A program made the translations under genes and the position numbers. Positions 50,294 through 60,148 of a DNA stretch of 64,000 bases are shown in pieces; the first letter of the stretch is position 1, and each line of letters begins with the position of its first letter. A model generated the notes under the pieces. That model had not been told where the DNA came from and made no database searches. It saw only the letters and a program-made list of their open reading frames with translations. The DNA is from a virus (lineage: Duplodnaviria; Heunggongvirae; Uroviricota; Caudoviricetes): positions 34,586 to 98,585 of IMG/VR virus record IMGVR_UViG_3300032286_000363; one strand, 5' to 3'.

Positions 50294-50959
50294 ATGACAT
50301 CAATAGAATGGTTAATAGAAAAATTAGGGTGGAACAATAGGTCAGATGCAATTAATAGAATTGTAGATGAAGCCAAAGAAATGCACAGATTTGAAATAGA
50401 AGAGGCATTTAAACATGGTAAACTACCTCCATTTTTAGGACAAGTACAAACAGCAAAAGAATACTATCAAGAAACATTTGGTAGTAAGGGAACTGATACT
50501 AAAGATGTAGTATTAGGATATATTTCTTTAGATGCTCAAATATTAAATTCACAACTTTCCCAACAAGATACAGAAAAAGAAATGTTTGAGTTAGAACAAC
50601 AACTTGATATACCAAGTCATATGAGATGGCATAATAGAGAAGAACCTAAACAAGAAACTACTCTTGAAGAAGCTGCTGAATCACTATTTCCAGATAGCAG
50701 TATTCAAAAAAGAATTTTTATTAAAGGTGCTAAATGGCAAGAAAAACATTCTAAGTCTCTATCAGATAAATGGAAAGAATATCAGGATTGGTTAAATGAA
50801 CCACCTGAGATATCAGATGAAGAAATAGAGAAATGTGCTGAAGAGTATTATTCTTATGATGAGTTATATGATGGTCTTAAAGGGATGATTATATCAGCAA
50901 AAAAAGGTGCTTGGTTTGATGCAATTAAATGGTATAGAGAACAATTAAAAAATAAGTGA
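50294..50959 (+). CDS. Hypothetical protein (221 aa)
   Basis: ORF. Confidence 0.5.
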   Translation: MTSIEWLIEKLGWNNRSDAINRIVDEAKEMHRFEIEEAFKHGKLPPFLGQVQTAKEYYQETFGSKGTDTKDVVLGYISLDAQILNSQLSQQDTEKEMFELEQQLDIPSHMRWHNREEPKQETTLEEAAESLFPDSSIQKRIFIKGAKWQEKHSKSLSDKWKEYQDWLNEPPEISDEEIEKCAEEYYSYDELYDGLKGMIISAKKGAWFDAIKWYREQLKNK

Positions 50960-51101
50960 TGAAACAAATCATAATTATAATAATTGTTTGGGAAACAGTT
51001 AAGTGGGCAGTAAGAAAAGTATTTGATAAACTTGTAAATGAATAATTCATATCTTTAACGTCAGGGCATTCCTGACAATTCACACATAAAACATAACTAA
51101 A

Positions 51102-51290
51102 ATGGAAAATTTGTACGATTTTTTATTTCACTATTCTTCATTTACAAAACAGTGGAATGCTATTCCTAGAGAGAAAATCAGTGAATACTGGAACAACAGG
51201 AAAGTGGAAGGTGTTATATCCTCCACTTCTATTAACACATTAATGGAGCTCATTACAAAAGGTGATGAGTTCATCAAATCAATTGAATAA
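51102..51290 (+). CDS. Hypothetical small protein (62 aa)
   Basis: ORF. Confidence 0.35.
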   Translation: MENLYDFLFHYSSFTKQWNAIPREKISEYWNNRKVEGVISSTSINTLMELITKGDEFIKSIE

Positions 51291-51291
51291 T

Positions 51292-53250
51292 ATGAATGTA
51301 CTAATTTATGACATAGAAACTATGCAAGAAATGTTTCTTGTTGGTGTATATGATCCACACACAGACATGTATTTTGAGTTTGAAGTGAGCTCAGAGAGAA
51401 ACGATCTTGATACATTCATAAGATTTGTAGAATCACACAATGAACATTATTGGGTGGGCTACAACAATCTACGATTTGATTCACAAGTTGTTGAGTGGAT
51501 CTTAAGGAAGCAGGAATATTGGTTTGATCGTAGTACATTAGAAATAACATCTATAATAGCACAGAAAGCTGCAGATGTTATACATGATGCAAACTATGAT
51601 GTATTTCCTGAATATAGAGAAGAAGATCTTTCTTTTAAACAAATAGATGTTTTCAAAATAAACCACTTTGACAACAAGAACAGACGTGTTAGTCTTAAAA
51701 GATTGGAGTTTGAAATGGACCTTGAGAACATTGAAGAAATGCCTGTACATCATACAAAAATCAATATGACTGATGAAGAAAGAGAGATCACCAGGGATTA
51801 TTGTAAGAATGATGTTATGGCCACATATGAATTCTATAAAATAACAATTGGTGATTGCGAACATCCATTATATAAAGGTAACAACCAAATAGAATTAAGA
51901 CTTGATATACAGGAAGAGTTTGGTATTCCATGTATGAACTATTCAGATTCAAAGATTGGAGATGAAATGATTAAGAAGTTTTATTGCGAAGAGAAGAGAT
52001 TACAATATTCTGATCTTCCAAAGAAAGGATTCTTTAGAAAGGAAGTGAAGGTTAAACATTGCATAGCTGATTATGTAACTTTCATAACTCCAGAACTAAA
52101 AGCATTCCACAAGAGAATAAAACAAATGACATTTGGTCTTCAAGATGATTTTAAAGAAACAATAAACTTTTATGACAATGTATACACTTTTGCAAAGGGA
52201 GGGCTTCATACGGAGAATAGCCCACGAATTTTTGAAGCTATGGATGATGTTCTCATTATTGATTGGGATGTGTCTAGTTATTATCCTGCTATTATTATTA
52301 ATAACGGTAAATACCCCTATCATTTGGGTAAGGAATTCTTGGCTGGCTATAAAAAGATGTTTGAGAAAAGACTAGAACTAAAACCCTTAGCCAAGAAGGA
52401 TAAGAAGATCAGAGGTATTGTTGGTGCTCTCAAGCTTGCTGTTAATTCTGTGTACGGTAAATCATCTGATATGCAGAATTGGATTTATGACAGACAGCTT
52501 ACAATGTTCACCACTATTACAGGTGAATTGTCTTTGTTGATGCTTATTGAGCAATATGAACTTAGAGGTATTCACGTTATATCAGCTAATACAGATGGTG
52601 TAACCATTATGATTAAGAAGGAGCAATTAGAAATAATGCAAGCAATTAATACATGGTGGCAAGAACTAACATCTTATGAGCTTGAGCGTACAGACTATCA
52701 AAAGATTATATTTTCAACCGTAAATGATTACATAGCAATTAAAACAGATGGAGAAATTAAAAAGAAAGGTGATTTCCTCACGGATTTCGAACTTCATAAA
52801 AACAAAAGCGCAAGGGTTGTCCCAATTGCTCTTGAACAATATTTTGTTAGTGGTATACCTATTGACGATACTATTCGCTCTCATAATAATGTCTATGATT
52901 TCTGCTTAAGACAGAAAGCATCAAAAGATTTCCATTATGAAGGAATAAATAGATATACAGGTAACAAGACAGTTTATAACAAACTCATTCGTTATTATGT
53001 ATCTAACAAAGGAGAAAAGCTTCTTAAAGTGAAGAATCCTGAATGTCAGACAGATGCTCCTGATGTAGCACAAGTGGAAGCAGGTGAATGGGTGATGCAT
53101 GTATGCAATCATTTAACACCATCCCATCCTTTGGACAACATCAACTATGAGTATTACATAGAGCGAGCAAACAAGATTGTACATAAAATCCTAACAGAAG
53201 GTAAGAAGAGGAAAGTCACTATTGATCCAAACCAGCTAAATTTATTCTAA
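51292..53250 (+). CDS. Family B DNA polymerase of the phi29-like lineage, with a 3'-5' exonuclease
   Basis: Exo I IYDIETM, Exo II YNNLRFDSQ, Exo III YCKNDVMATYEFY. Pol motif A DWDVSSYYPAII (Dx2SLYP-like), motif B KLAVNSVYGKS (Kx3NSxYG), motif C-like ISANTDGV. Start placed at 51292 (MNVLIYDIET), just after the upstream ORF's stop. Confidence 0.7.
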   Translation: MNVLIYDIETMQEMFLVGVYDPHTDMYFEFEVSSERNDLDTFIRFVESHNEHYWVGYNNLRFDSQVVEWILRKQEYWFDRSTLEITSIIAQKAADVIHDANYDVFPEYREEDLSFKQIDVFKINHFDNKNRRVSLKRLEFEMDLENIEEMPVHHTKINMTDEEREITRDYCKNDVMATYEFYKITIGDCEHPLYKGNNQIELRLDIQEEFGIPCMNYSDSKIGDEMIKKFYCEEKRLQYSDLPKKGFFRKEVKVKHCIADYVTFITPELKAFHKRIKQMTFGLQDDFKETINFYDNVYTFAKGGLHTENSPRIFEAMDDVLIIDWDVSSYYPAIIINNGKYPYHLGKEFLAGYKKMFEKRLELKPLAKKDKKIRGIVGALKLAVNSVYGKSSDMQNWIYDRQLTMFTTITGELSLLMLIEQYELRGIHVISANTDGVTIMIKKEQLEIMQAINTWWQELTSYELERTDYQKIIFSTVNDYIAIKTDGEIKKKGDFLTDFELHKNKSARVVPIALEQYFVSGIPIDDTIRSHNNVYDFCLRQKASKDFHYEGINRYTGNKTVYNKLIRYYVSNKGEKLLKVKNPECQTDAPDVAQVEAGEWVMHVCNHLTPSHPLDNINYEYYIERANKIVHKILTEGKKRKVTIDPNQLNLF

Positions 53251-53495
53251 TGCTAAATTACAAAACAATATTTGGAGACATATTAGTCTTCAAGAACAAG
53301 AATGATTGCATGACTGTAAGTAGAGGTCCACATGGTTTACCATGGGTGGATGAAATAGAGATTGATGGTGAACCAATTGAAGCTAGTAGAAAGAACAACT
53401 ATAGTGTTGTGTATGATGAAAAAAACACATTCTCTGCTGAAGAGATTATATATTTTCTTAAACATTATGAAAAAATAGTTACAGAAAAGTATTAA
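53250..53495 (+). CDS. Hypothetical protein (81 aa)
   Basis: ORF. Confidence 0.4.
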   Translation: MLNYKTIFGDILVFKNKNDCMTVSRGPHGLPWVDEIEIDGEPIEASRKNNYSVVYDEKNTFSAEEIIYFLKHYEKIVTEKY

Positions 53496-53525
53496 TTTCG
53501 TATATTTGCGTGTAAAAGCGTATAT

Positions 53526-53825
53526 ATGAACAAGATAAATCGCACTAATATAGCAGATCATTTGGTTGATTATCAACTCACTATGGTGGGTAAAACTATT
53601 GCTGAAGCCTACAAGACAGAAGAATGGTATTCAAAATGGACAATGACAGATGAACAACATGAGCAATTGAAAGCTTATGCTCTTCCTCTTATAAAGAAAG
53701 TATTTAAATGTAATAAATCAAGGGCTGAAAGTATATTTGGCTGGTTTGATTTGCAATTTGGTTTACGTATTGATAACTCTAAAACAAATAACGATGATGA
53801 AATCTTACACGATCTTATGCTCTGA
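53526..53825 (+). CDS. Hypothetical protein (99 aa)
   Basis: ORF. Confidence 0.4.
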   Translation: MNKINRTNIADHLVDYQLTMVGKTIAEAYKTEEWYSKWTMTDEQHEQLKAYALPLIKKVFKCNKSRAESIFGWFDLQFGLRIDNSKTNNDDEILHDLML

Positions 53826-54078
53826 TGAGTTCAAGACCACTTACAAATTCTTAGTGGTAGAGTTTCCTATGAGAAATTACACTCTTCTAGATGAGAATGA
53901 TGAAATCTTATATTATGCTGAAGATGATGAGGATGGTATTAGATTTGAAAAGAAGATTGGTAAAAACTTTGAATACCATGAAATTGCAGAATTACAATTA
54001 TTCTTAAATCTTATACACAAATTTGATGAAGGTCTTAAAGACACATTTGATGTGTTTGAAAAGGTCACAACGTTATAA
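53794..54078 (+). CDS. Hypothetical protein (about 94 aa)
   Basis: Start moved to the internal MMKSYTIL to avoid a long overlap. Confidence 0.35.
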   Translation: MMKSYTILCSDEFKTTYKFLVVEFPMRNYTLLDENDEILYYAEDDEDGIRFEKKIGKNFEYHEIAELQLFLNLIHKFDEGLKDTFDVFEKVTTL

Positions 54079-54198
54079 TATGGAAAATCAAGGCAAAAAG
54101 AAGTCTCAGAATGAAAGTTCTGAGGCTTTTGCATTTATAGCCCTTGTGGCAATAATTGCAATTGTAACAATATTAATAATAATCAAAAACATATAACA

Positions 54199-54750
54199 AT
54201 GGGAACATGTCAATTTGAAAACAGAGGCAGAGGTAAGTCTGCAAAAGATGTATTTACAAGGTTGCAAGATGAAGCATATAGTGAATATGGTCATGATTGC
54301 TACAATGGAACAATCAGTACAGTACCAGGATTTCATGATATTACTAAAGAATGGAAATCAAGTAAGAAAGATCTTAGTCGTTTCATTAGAGAAAAACTAG
54401 ATGATGCAAACAAGTATGATTGCTTTGCTATTTGTACACACGAACCTGTAACTAACAACAACAAGATTAAAACACAAGTGGAGCATATTGTAACTCCTGG
54501 TACAAAGAAATGGATCTTGAAATACGTTGTGTATGATTATAATAACGAGAGACAAATAGGTTCTTATAATACAAAAGGTGATGCTGTTAAAGCTGCTAGA
54601 GCACATACAGAAAAGACACAATATCGTACAACTATTTCTATGGAAAAGAAGCTTGAGAAAGGAAATGCTGAAGTGGCTAAAATTACATACAAACCTTCTA
54701 CAACAGAAAAAGATGGCCAATGGTTATTCTTTGGTTATGCTGCTGAATAA
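54199..54750 (+). CDS. Hypothetical protein (183 aa)
   Basis: ORF. Confidence 0.5.
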   Translation: MGTCQFENRGRGKSAKDVFTRLQDEAYSEYGHDCYNGTISTVPGFHDITKEWKSSKKDLSRFIREKLDDANKYDCFAICTHEPVTNNNKIKTQVEHIVTPGTKKWILKYVVYDYNNERQIGSYNTKGDAVKAARAHTEKTQYRTTISMEKKLEKGNAEVAKITYKPSTTEKDGQWLFFGYAAE

Positions 54751-54760
54751 AACTTAAATC

Positions 54761-54988
54761 ATGAAAAAATATCAATTAACCACTCCAATATTAGAAAATG
54801 TTACAGGGTATTGCAGTGTAATAAATGTTTATGATGCACCTCTGTTCTTCATATCTAAGGATAGAGAAAGAGCTTTGGTGTACACTGAAAAAGAACTACC
54901 TAAAGCAAAAGAACACTTCCAAAATCTTAATATAGAGGTGTTAGAAAAAGAAGTGACTGTTTTACATAAAAGAACAATAGATGTATAA
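54761..54988 (+). CDS. Hypothetical protein (75 aa)
   Basis: ORF. Confidence 0.4.
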   Translation: MKKYQLTTPILENVTGYCSVINVYDAPLFFISKDRERALVYTEKELPKAKEHFQNLNIEVLEKEVTVLHKRTIDV

Positions 54989-55172
54989 TTTACAAGATTT
55001 TGACCATGAGGCTCAAAAAGATTTTATATATTTGCTAGAAGAAAAAGAACTTCTTAAACAGGAATTGTTTGAGGAAATGAATAGAAAACCAGCAAACATA
55101 TTTATCGTTAAAGAGCATAAAATAAAAGACTATGAAGAACATAACGTTTCAAAAGTTTCATCAATTACATAA
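54981..55172 (+). CDS. Hypothetical protein (63 aa)
   Basis: ORF. Confidence 0.35.
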   Translation: MYNLQDFDHEAQKDFIYLLEEKELLKQELFEEMNRKPANIFIVKEHKIKDYEEHNVSKVSSIT

Positions 55173-55755
55173 TGGTGGATTTACATTAGACCATGTTTAT
55201 TTGGTTCTCCAAATAGCTGATGGTCAGGATGTTAAAGCTCTTTGTAAGGAGTCTCCCAAGTTGGAGGCTCTTTACCAAGGGATATATAGAAAAGGTCTTA
55301 TTACAGAAGATCAGAAACTTACACTTACAGGTAAGGAATTGATCAGTTTTATGGAAGAGAGTTCTACAGTTGAGAAGATTGTAAAGAAGAAAGCAGATCC
55401 TGTTAATTTTGAATCTTGGTGGAAAGCATATCCAGGCACTGATACATTTAGCTATCAAGGAAAATCTTTTAGTGGTACAAGAAGCCTTAGAGTTAAGAAG
55501 GAAGATTGTAAAGCAAAGTTTAACAACATCCTTGAAGAAGGTGAATACACAGCAAATGAATTGATTGAAGCTCTTAATTTTGAAATAGGACAGAAGAAAC
55601 AAACATCTGTAATAGAAAAGACTAACAAGCTTAAATTTATGCAGAACAGTCTCACCTATCTTAACCAAAGAACGTTTGAACCATTCATTGAATTGATTAA
55701 AGCTGGTGTAAAAGTTGTTGAACAGCCAACAGATATAGGAGGTACAGACATATGA
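55132..55755 (+). CDS. Hypothetical protein (207 aa), possibly a helicase loader or replication initiation protein by position
   Basis: ORF immediately upstream of the helicase, with an ATGA overlap. Confidence 0.45.
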   Translation: MKNITFQKFHQLHNGGFTLDHVYLVLQIADGQDVKALCKESPKLEALYQGIYRKGLITEDQKLTLTGKELISFMEESSTVEKIVKKKADPVNFESWWKAYPGTDTFSYQGKSFSGTRSLRVKKEDCKAKFNNILEEGEYTANELIEALNFEIGQKKQTSVIEKTNKLKFMQNSLTYLNQRTFEPFIELIKAGVKVVEQPTDIGGTDI

Positions 55756-56810
55756 GTTTTGAACAATTAAGAAAAGAAGTAGAAAAAGGTCTATCAGGAA
55801 ACAACAATGGTATACCCATGGGATTTAACAGATTGAACAAGCATATAGGCATTAGAAAGGGTATGTATTTTCTTGTAGGTGGTAACACAGGTTCAGGGAA
55901 AACATCCTTTATAGATGATGCATTTGTTCTCAATCCAGTTGATTGGTATATTAATCAGAAGACTCCAAATATAAAGCTAAAGATTATATACAGATCAATG
56001 GAGCGTCCTAAAACATACAAGTTTGCTAAATGGGTGGCTAGAAAGATCTTTATAGACCAAGGAATTATTATTCCTGTTAATAAGCTATTAGGATGGACTG
56101 ATAAGATGAATCATGATGAACACGATCTTTTCTTAATGTATGAAGATTATATTGATCAAGTGAGTGATATTGTTAAGATCATTGATGGTCCAGAGAATCC
56201 TGTAGGTATTGCAAAAGAATTAAAAGCTCATGCTCTTGAGAATGGAACTATTGAGCAAGATGGGTATAACAAACTTTATATTCCTAACGATCCTAATGAA
56301 ACAACAATTGTTGTCATAGATCATATAGGACTATTAAAGACAACAAAAGACCAACCAACAAAGAAAGAAGCTATTGATAAAATGTCTGATGAGCTCAGAT
56401 ATGCAAGAGATTTCTTTGGGTATACACCTGTTGTTGTTAGTCAGTTTAACAGGAGCATTTCTAATCCTATGAGGATTAAGAATGGTGATGTAGAACCACA
56501 GCTAGAAGACTTTAGTGAAAGCTCAAGCACACAGAACGATGCTGATGTTGTATTAGCATTGTTTGATCCTATTAGGTATAAGGTGGCAGATCCTTCTGGA
56601 TATAGCCTAGAAAGACTTAAAGATCAGTTTGGTGCTAAGTATTTCAGAAGTCTTAGAATAATTAAGAATAGCTATGGTTCTGATGATCTTAGAATAGGTC
56701 TTGGTTTTCTTGGTGAACTTGGTTTATTTAAAGAACTAAAGAGAGCGAAAGAAATGAATGATTCAGACTATGAAAGTGTAACAAGTAAATCCTTTTTTTT
56801 AAACAAATAA
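55752..56810 (+). CDS. DnaB/T7-gp4-like replicative helicase, RecA-fold ATPase domain
   Basis: Walker A VGGNTGSGKTSF. Walker B IVVIDHIGLL. Arg finger-like SQFNRS. Confidence 0.6.
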   Translation: MSFEQLRKEVEKGLSGNNNGIPMGFNRLNKHIGIRKGMYFLVGGNTGSGKTSFIDDAFVLNPVDWYINQKTPNIKLKIIYRSMERPKTYKFAKWVARKIFIDQGIIIPVNKLLGWTDKMNHDEHDLFLMYEDYIDQVSDIVKIIDGPENPVGIAKELKAHALENGTIEQDGYNKLYIPNDPNETTIVVIDHIGLLKTTKDQPTKKEAIDKMSDELRYARDFFGYTPVVVSQFNRSISNPMRIKNGDVEPQLEDFSESSSTQNDADVVLALFDPIRYKVADPSGYSLERLKDQFGAKYFRSLRIIKNSYGSDDLRIGLGFLGELGLFKELKRAKEMNDSDYESVTSKSFFLNK

Positions 56811-56989
56811 ACTAAACATGAACGTAAATGCTAAACTATTTAACACCCTACCAAGCAAGAAAGACACCTTTTGGCAAATAGTGTTGCTACCAACAGTCTC
56901 TGTTTTAAACAGTGTTGACAAATATGATGATTATGTAGCTGTTAATTTTGAATTTCTATTTTGGTCCTTAACAATTTTAATTAGTAATA

Positions 56990-57241
56990 ATGATAATGAC
57001 AAAAGAACAATATCTTCATTTTAAGAGCACTAGAGATTTTAACATCATCTATAACTTCTATATGGAAAAGTTTGACCATAGTAAACACAAACCATTCCTA
57101 CTTATTATGGAACTATTACAATATCTTCCACAATGGGGAAATCTTCAAGTTATTTTTGAAGATGTTTGTAACTATTATGACAACAAGTTTGAAATAGTAG
57201 AACTAAAAGATCGTGAAGGAAATACAATTAAATGCTTATGA
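56990..57241 (+). CDS. Hypothetical protein (83 aa)
   Basis: ORF. Confidence 0.35.
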   Translation: MIMTKEQYLHFKSTRDFNIIYNFYMEKFDHSKHKPFLLIMELLQYLPQWGNLQVIFEDVCNYYDNKFEIVELKDREGNTIKCL

Positions 57242-58314
57242 CAAAACAAAATCAGCTACAACAAGAGTTTGTAGAAAAAGGTGTAGAGTTTTACAAATCT
57301 TATGACAGAGGTTATTTCAATCTTGCAATGAGGTTTGGTAAATGTAAAACTACAATCGATCTTATGTTTAGAATGTTTGCTTACAATCCTAAAATCCTAA
57401 TAGCCTATCCAGATAACAAGTTGAGAGAAACATGGGAAGCAGAACGTGAATTGTGGGGATATCAAAATCCCAACATCACCTATGTAAACTTTAGCTCGTT
57501 AAAGAAATATACACAATATGAGTTTGACATGTTTGTTATTGATGAGTTTCATAGCTGTTCAGAAAATGAACGTGATTATGCTCATGATATAATGAACAAT
57601 TGTACATACACTCTTGGTCTATCAGGAACTGTTAGCTCTGAAACAGATGGATATTGGAATATGGAGCAAATTGCATCATATACAACAGAACAGGGTATTG
57701 AAGATGGAATTCTTGCTGATTATCAAATATCTGTACATTTAGTAGAACTTGACGATCTTATAAAGGTGGCTGATAAGAAAGGTAAGCTTAAATCAGAGAA
57801 GCAAAAGTATTCTGGCTATAGTTGGGTGATTGAAAATCTAAAGAGACAGAACAGCCCCTATATGCACCTTGCATTAGCTAGGAATAGATTGTCACAATCT
57901 TCTATTGGTAAGACAAACCATCTTAAGAAGCTTCTTAATCAATTACAAGACAAAAGAGTGATTGTGTTTACAGGACTAGCAAAAGTTGCTGACAGTCTTG
58001 GTATTCCTTCATATCACAGTAAATCAAAAAATGATCAGGCATTCACTGGTTTTCAATCAGGTGAGCATAATCATCTCGCACTTGCTGCTATGGGTAAAGT
58101 GGGGGTTACATACAATTCTCTTGATTCCGTTATTCTGCTGAATTTTACATACAATGCAGAAGAAAGCTCACAAATACTAAATAGAGCTATCAAATTAGAT
58201 TATAACGGAAAGATTGCAGATTTACATATACTCTGCTTAAATGAGAAGCCTGAACTCAAAAAAATTAAGGAAAGCTTATCAATGTTAGACCAATCAAAAA
58301 TCAATTATTTATGA
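57232..58314 (+). CDS. SF2 DEAD/DEAH-box-type helicase
   Basis: GKCKTT, DEFH (motif II), SGT (motif III), and a C-terminal helicase-C-like block. Confidence 0.55.
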   Translation: MLMTKQNQLQQEFVEKGVEFYKSYDRGYFNLAMRFGKCKTTIDLMFRMFAYNPKILIAYPDNKLRETWEAERELWGYQNPNITYVNFSSLKKYTQYEFDMFVIDEFHSCSENERDYAHDIMNNCTYTLGLSGTVSSETDGYWNMEQIASYTTEQGIEDGILADYQISVHLVELDDLIKVADKKGKLKSEKQKYSGYSWVIENLKRQNSPYMHLALARNRLSQSSIGKTNHLKKLLNQLQDKRVIVFTGLAKVADSLGIPSYHSKSKNDQAFTGFQSGEHNHLALAAMGKVGVTYNSLDSVILLNFTYNAEESSQILNRAIKLDYNGKIADLHILCLNEKPELKKIKESLSMLDQSKINYL

Positions 58315-58517
58315 AACTAGAGATTATTAGAGAAACAAAAATTGGAGAAGAACCATGGTATATGTTACATGTTGATGGTCAAAATGTAATGGGAAGTTAC
58401 TCACTAGCAAAGGTGGAAAATATCTTTGAATTGTATAAAAACAATCCAGAAAATCCACTAGAAGAATCAAAAGTTGTTTTGAGAAGTGAGGAAATTAACG
58501 TACTTTTGGATAAATAA
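58311..58517 (+). CDS. Hypothetical protein (68 aa)
   Basis: ORF. Confidence 0.35.
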   Translation: MKLEIIRETKIGEEPWYMLHVDGQNVMGSYSLAKVENIFELYKNNPENPLEESKVVLRSEEINVLLDK

Positions 58518-58528
58518 AAAAATAAATT

Positions 58529-59200
58529 ATGGCAAGCAAATTAATTGGGATTGTTGGCTTTACTGGTACAGGTAAGAGCACTTCAATCAAAAACTTAGAT
58601 CCAAAAGAGACCTACATTATCAACACTGCTAAGAAGGAACTTCCTTTCAAAGGTGCTGATAAATTGTACAATCAAGAGAACAAGAATTACAAAGAAGTGG
58701 ATGATATTGTAGAAATCACTCGTCTGCTTAAAACTATTTCTGAGAAAGCTCTTCACATCAAGAATGTTGTTATTGAAGACAGCAATTACATGATGGCTTT
58801 CAGAATGGCTGAAAAAGCTACAGAGATTGGATTTACAAAATTCACTATTCTTGCAAAGGATATGGTGGACTTATTTAGAGAAGCTCGTAAACTTCGTGAT
58901 GATCTAAAGGTGTTCTATTTTACACATCCTGAAACTGTTGAGGATGGTGGTGAAATCATAGGATATAAAATGAAGACATCAGGTAAGATGCTTGACAATC
59001 AAATCAATTTAGAAGGACTCTTCACAATATGTTTATATACGCATGTTGAAGAAGCAAAGGATGGTGTTGTTAGTTATAACTTTGTAACTAACAGATTTAA
59101 GAAATATCCTGCTAAGAGTCCAGATGGTATGTTTAAGGATGTTAAGATCCCAAACAACCTACAAATCGTTGTGGATACTATTAACGAGTATTATAATTAA
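58529..59200 (+). CDS. AAA_24/Sak4-like P-loop ATPase
   Basis: N-terminal Walker A GFTGTGKST and Walker B VVIEDSNYM. Size is about 220 aa. Confidence 0.5.
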   Translation: MASKLIGIVGFTGTGKSTSIKNLDPKETYIINTAKKELPFKGADKLYNQENKNYKEVDDIVEITRLLKTISEKALHIKNVVIEDSNYMMAFRMAEKATEIGFTKFTILAKDMVDLFREARKLRDDLKVFYFTHPETVEDGGEIIGYKMKTSGKMLDNQINLEGLFTICLYTHVEEAKDGVVSYNFVTNRFKKYPAKSPDGMFKDVKIPNNLQIVVDTINEYYN

Positions 59201-59223
59201 TTAACAATTTAAAAAAGAAAACA

Positions 59224-60093
59224 ATGAGTAACATCGGAGGAAAAAAGAAAGAACAATCACAAGGAACAGAGTTTAAAAAATCTGTAGGATTATTTGAAGC
59301 AAAAGTTATAGCTATTAATCCTGATGCTGAGGAATATAAAGAAGTCCTTGGTATAGAAGTTAAAGAAGATTCTAAATCAGTTGAGTATTTAGGAACAAGT
59401 CAAGATGGTAATACATCACTTCGTATAGATGTATGGTTAGAAAACATTAAGAGTTCTGAAAAATATAAAGTTTCTTTCTTCCTTGAGAACAAGGAAAGAG
59501 AAAATAAAGACAATACAAAGAAGCAATATATCAATTCTATTGGTTCTTGCTCTTGGGCTGATGATGCTAACAATCTACCTACATGGTTTTCTGCAAGAGA
59601 AACAAGAGTTGCTTATGTTGGTGAAGAAGATCTTTACAACTTCTTACGCACATGGTTGGGAGCTCTTGACTATCGTGATGCAGAAACTACATTACAGTTA
59701 GACTGGAAGAAATTGATGAAAGGAAATGTTAAAGACCTTAAAGATCAAGTTGATGGTGAATGGTGCACAAACATTGTTGCTCTTGCTACAATCAAAACGG
59801 TTATCAAGGAAGATGAGACTAAAGAATATCAAGGTGTGTACAACAAAGCATTCCTTCCTGCTTATGCAATTAAGCAATTTAGATTGTTAGACTTTAACAA
59901 TCCTAAAATTGTTGAAGGATTACGCACAAAAAAATCAAAAGACTTAAAACCTCATGAGAGATTTGTATTGACTGTAACTGGTGAATATGGTTGTAAAGAC
60001 TTTTATGTATTTAAAGACCTTAAAGAATACAATCCTGAAGACAACATGGCTGCTTCAGACAAAGTTATTTCTGAAGATGGTGCTGATTATTAA
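59224..60093 (+). CDS. Hypothetical protein, possibly ssDNA-binding (acidic C-terminus)
   Basis: Follows the Sak4-like ATPase. C-terminal EDGADY. Function not supported beyond position. Confidence 0.3.
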   Translation: MSNIGGKKKEQSQGTEFKKSVGLFEAKVIAINPDAEEYKEVLGIEVKEDSKSVEYLGTSQDGNTSLRIDVWLENIKSSEKYKVSFFLENKERENKDNTKKQYINSIGSCSWADDANNLPTWFSARETRVAYVGEEDLYNFLRTWLGALDYRDAETTLQLDWKKLMKGNVKDLKDQVDGEWCTNIVALATIKTVIKEDETKEYQGVYNKAFLPAYAIKQFRLLDFNNPKIVEGLRTKKSKDLKPHERFVLTVTGEYGCKDFYVFKDLKEYNPEDNMAASDKVISEDGADY

Positions 60094-60148
60094 TTTTAAT
60101 AATTAAAATAGCCCCCTTCAGAAATGGAGGGGGTTTTATATTTACACA

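Noticed and set aside
51262-51291. The polymerase start at 51262 (MMSSSNQLNNM).
   Set aside because: That start overlaps the upstream 62-aa ORF in another frame. The ATG at 51292, directly after that ORF's stop, gives an N-terminus (MNVLIYDIET) that matches the phi29-like Exo I position.
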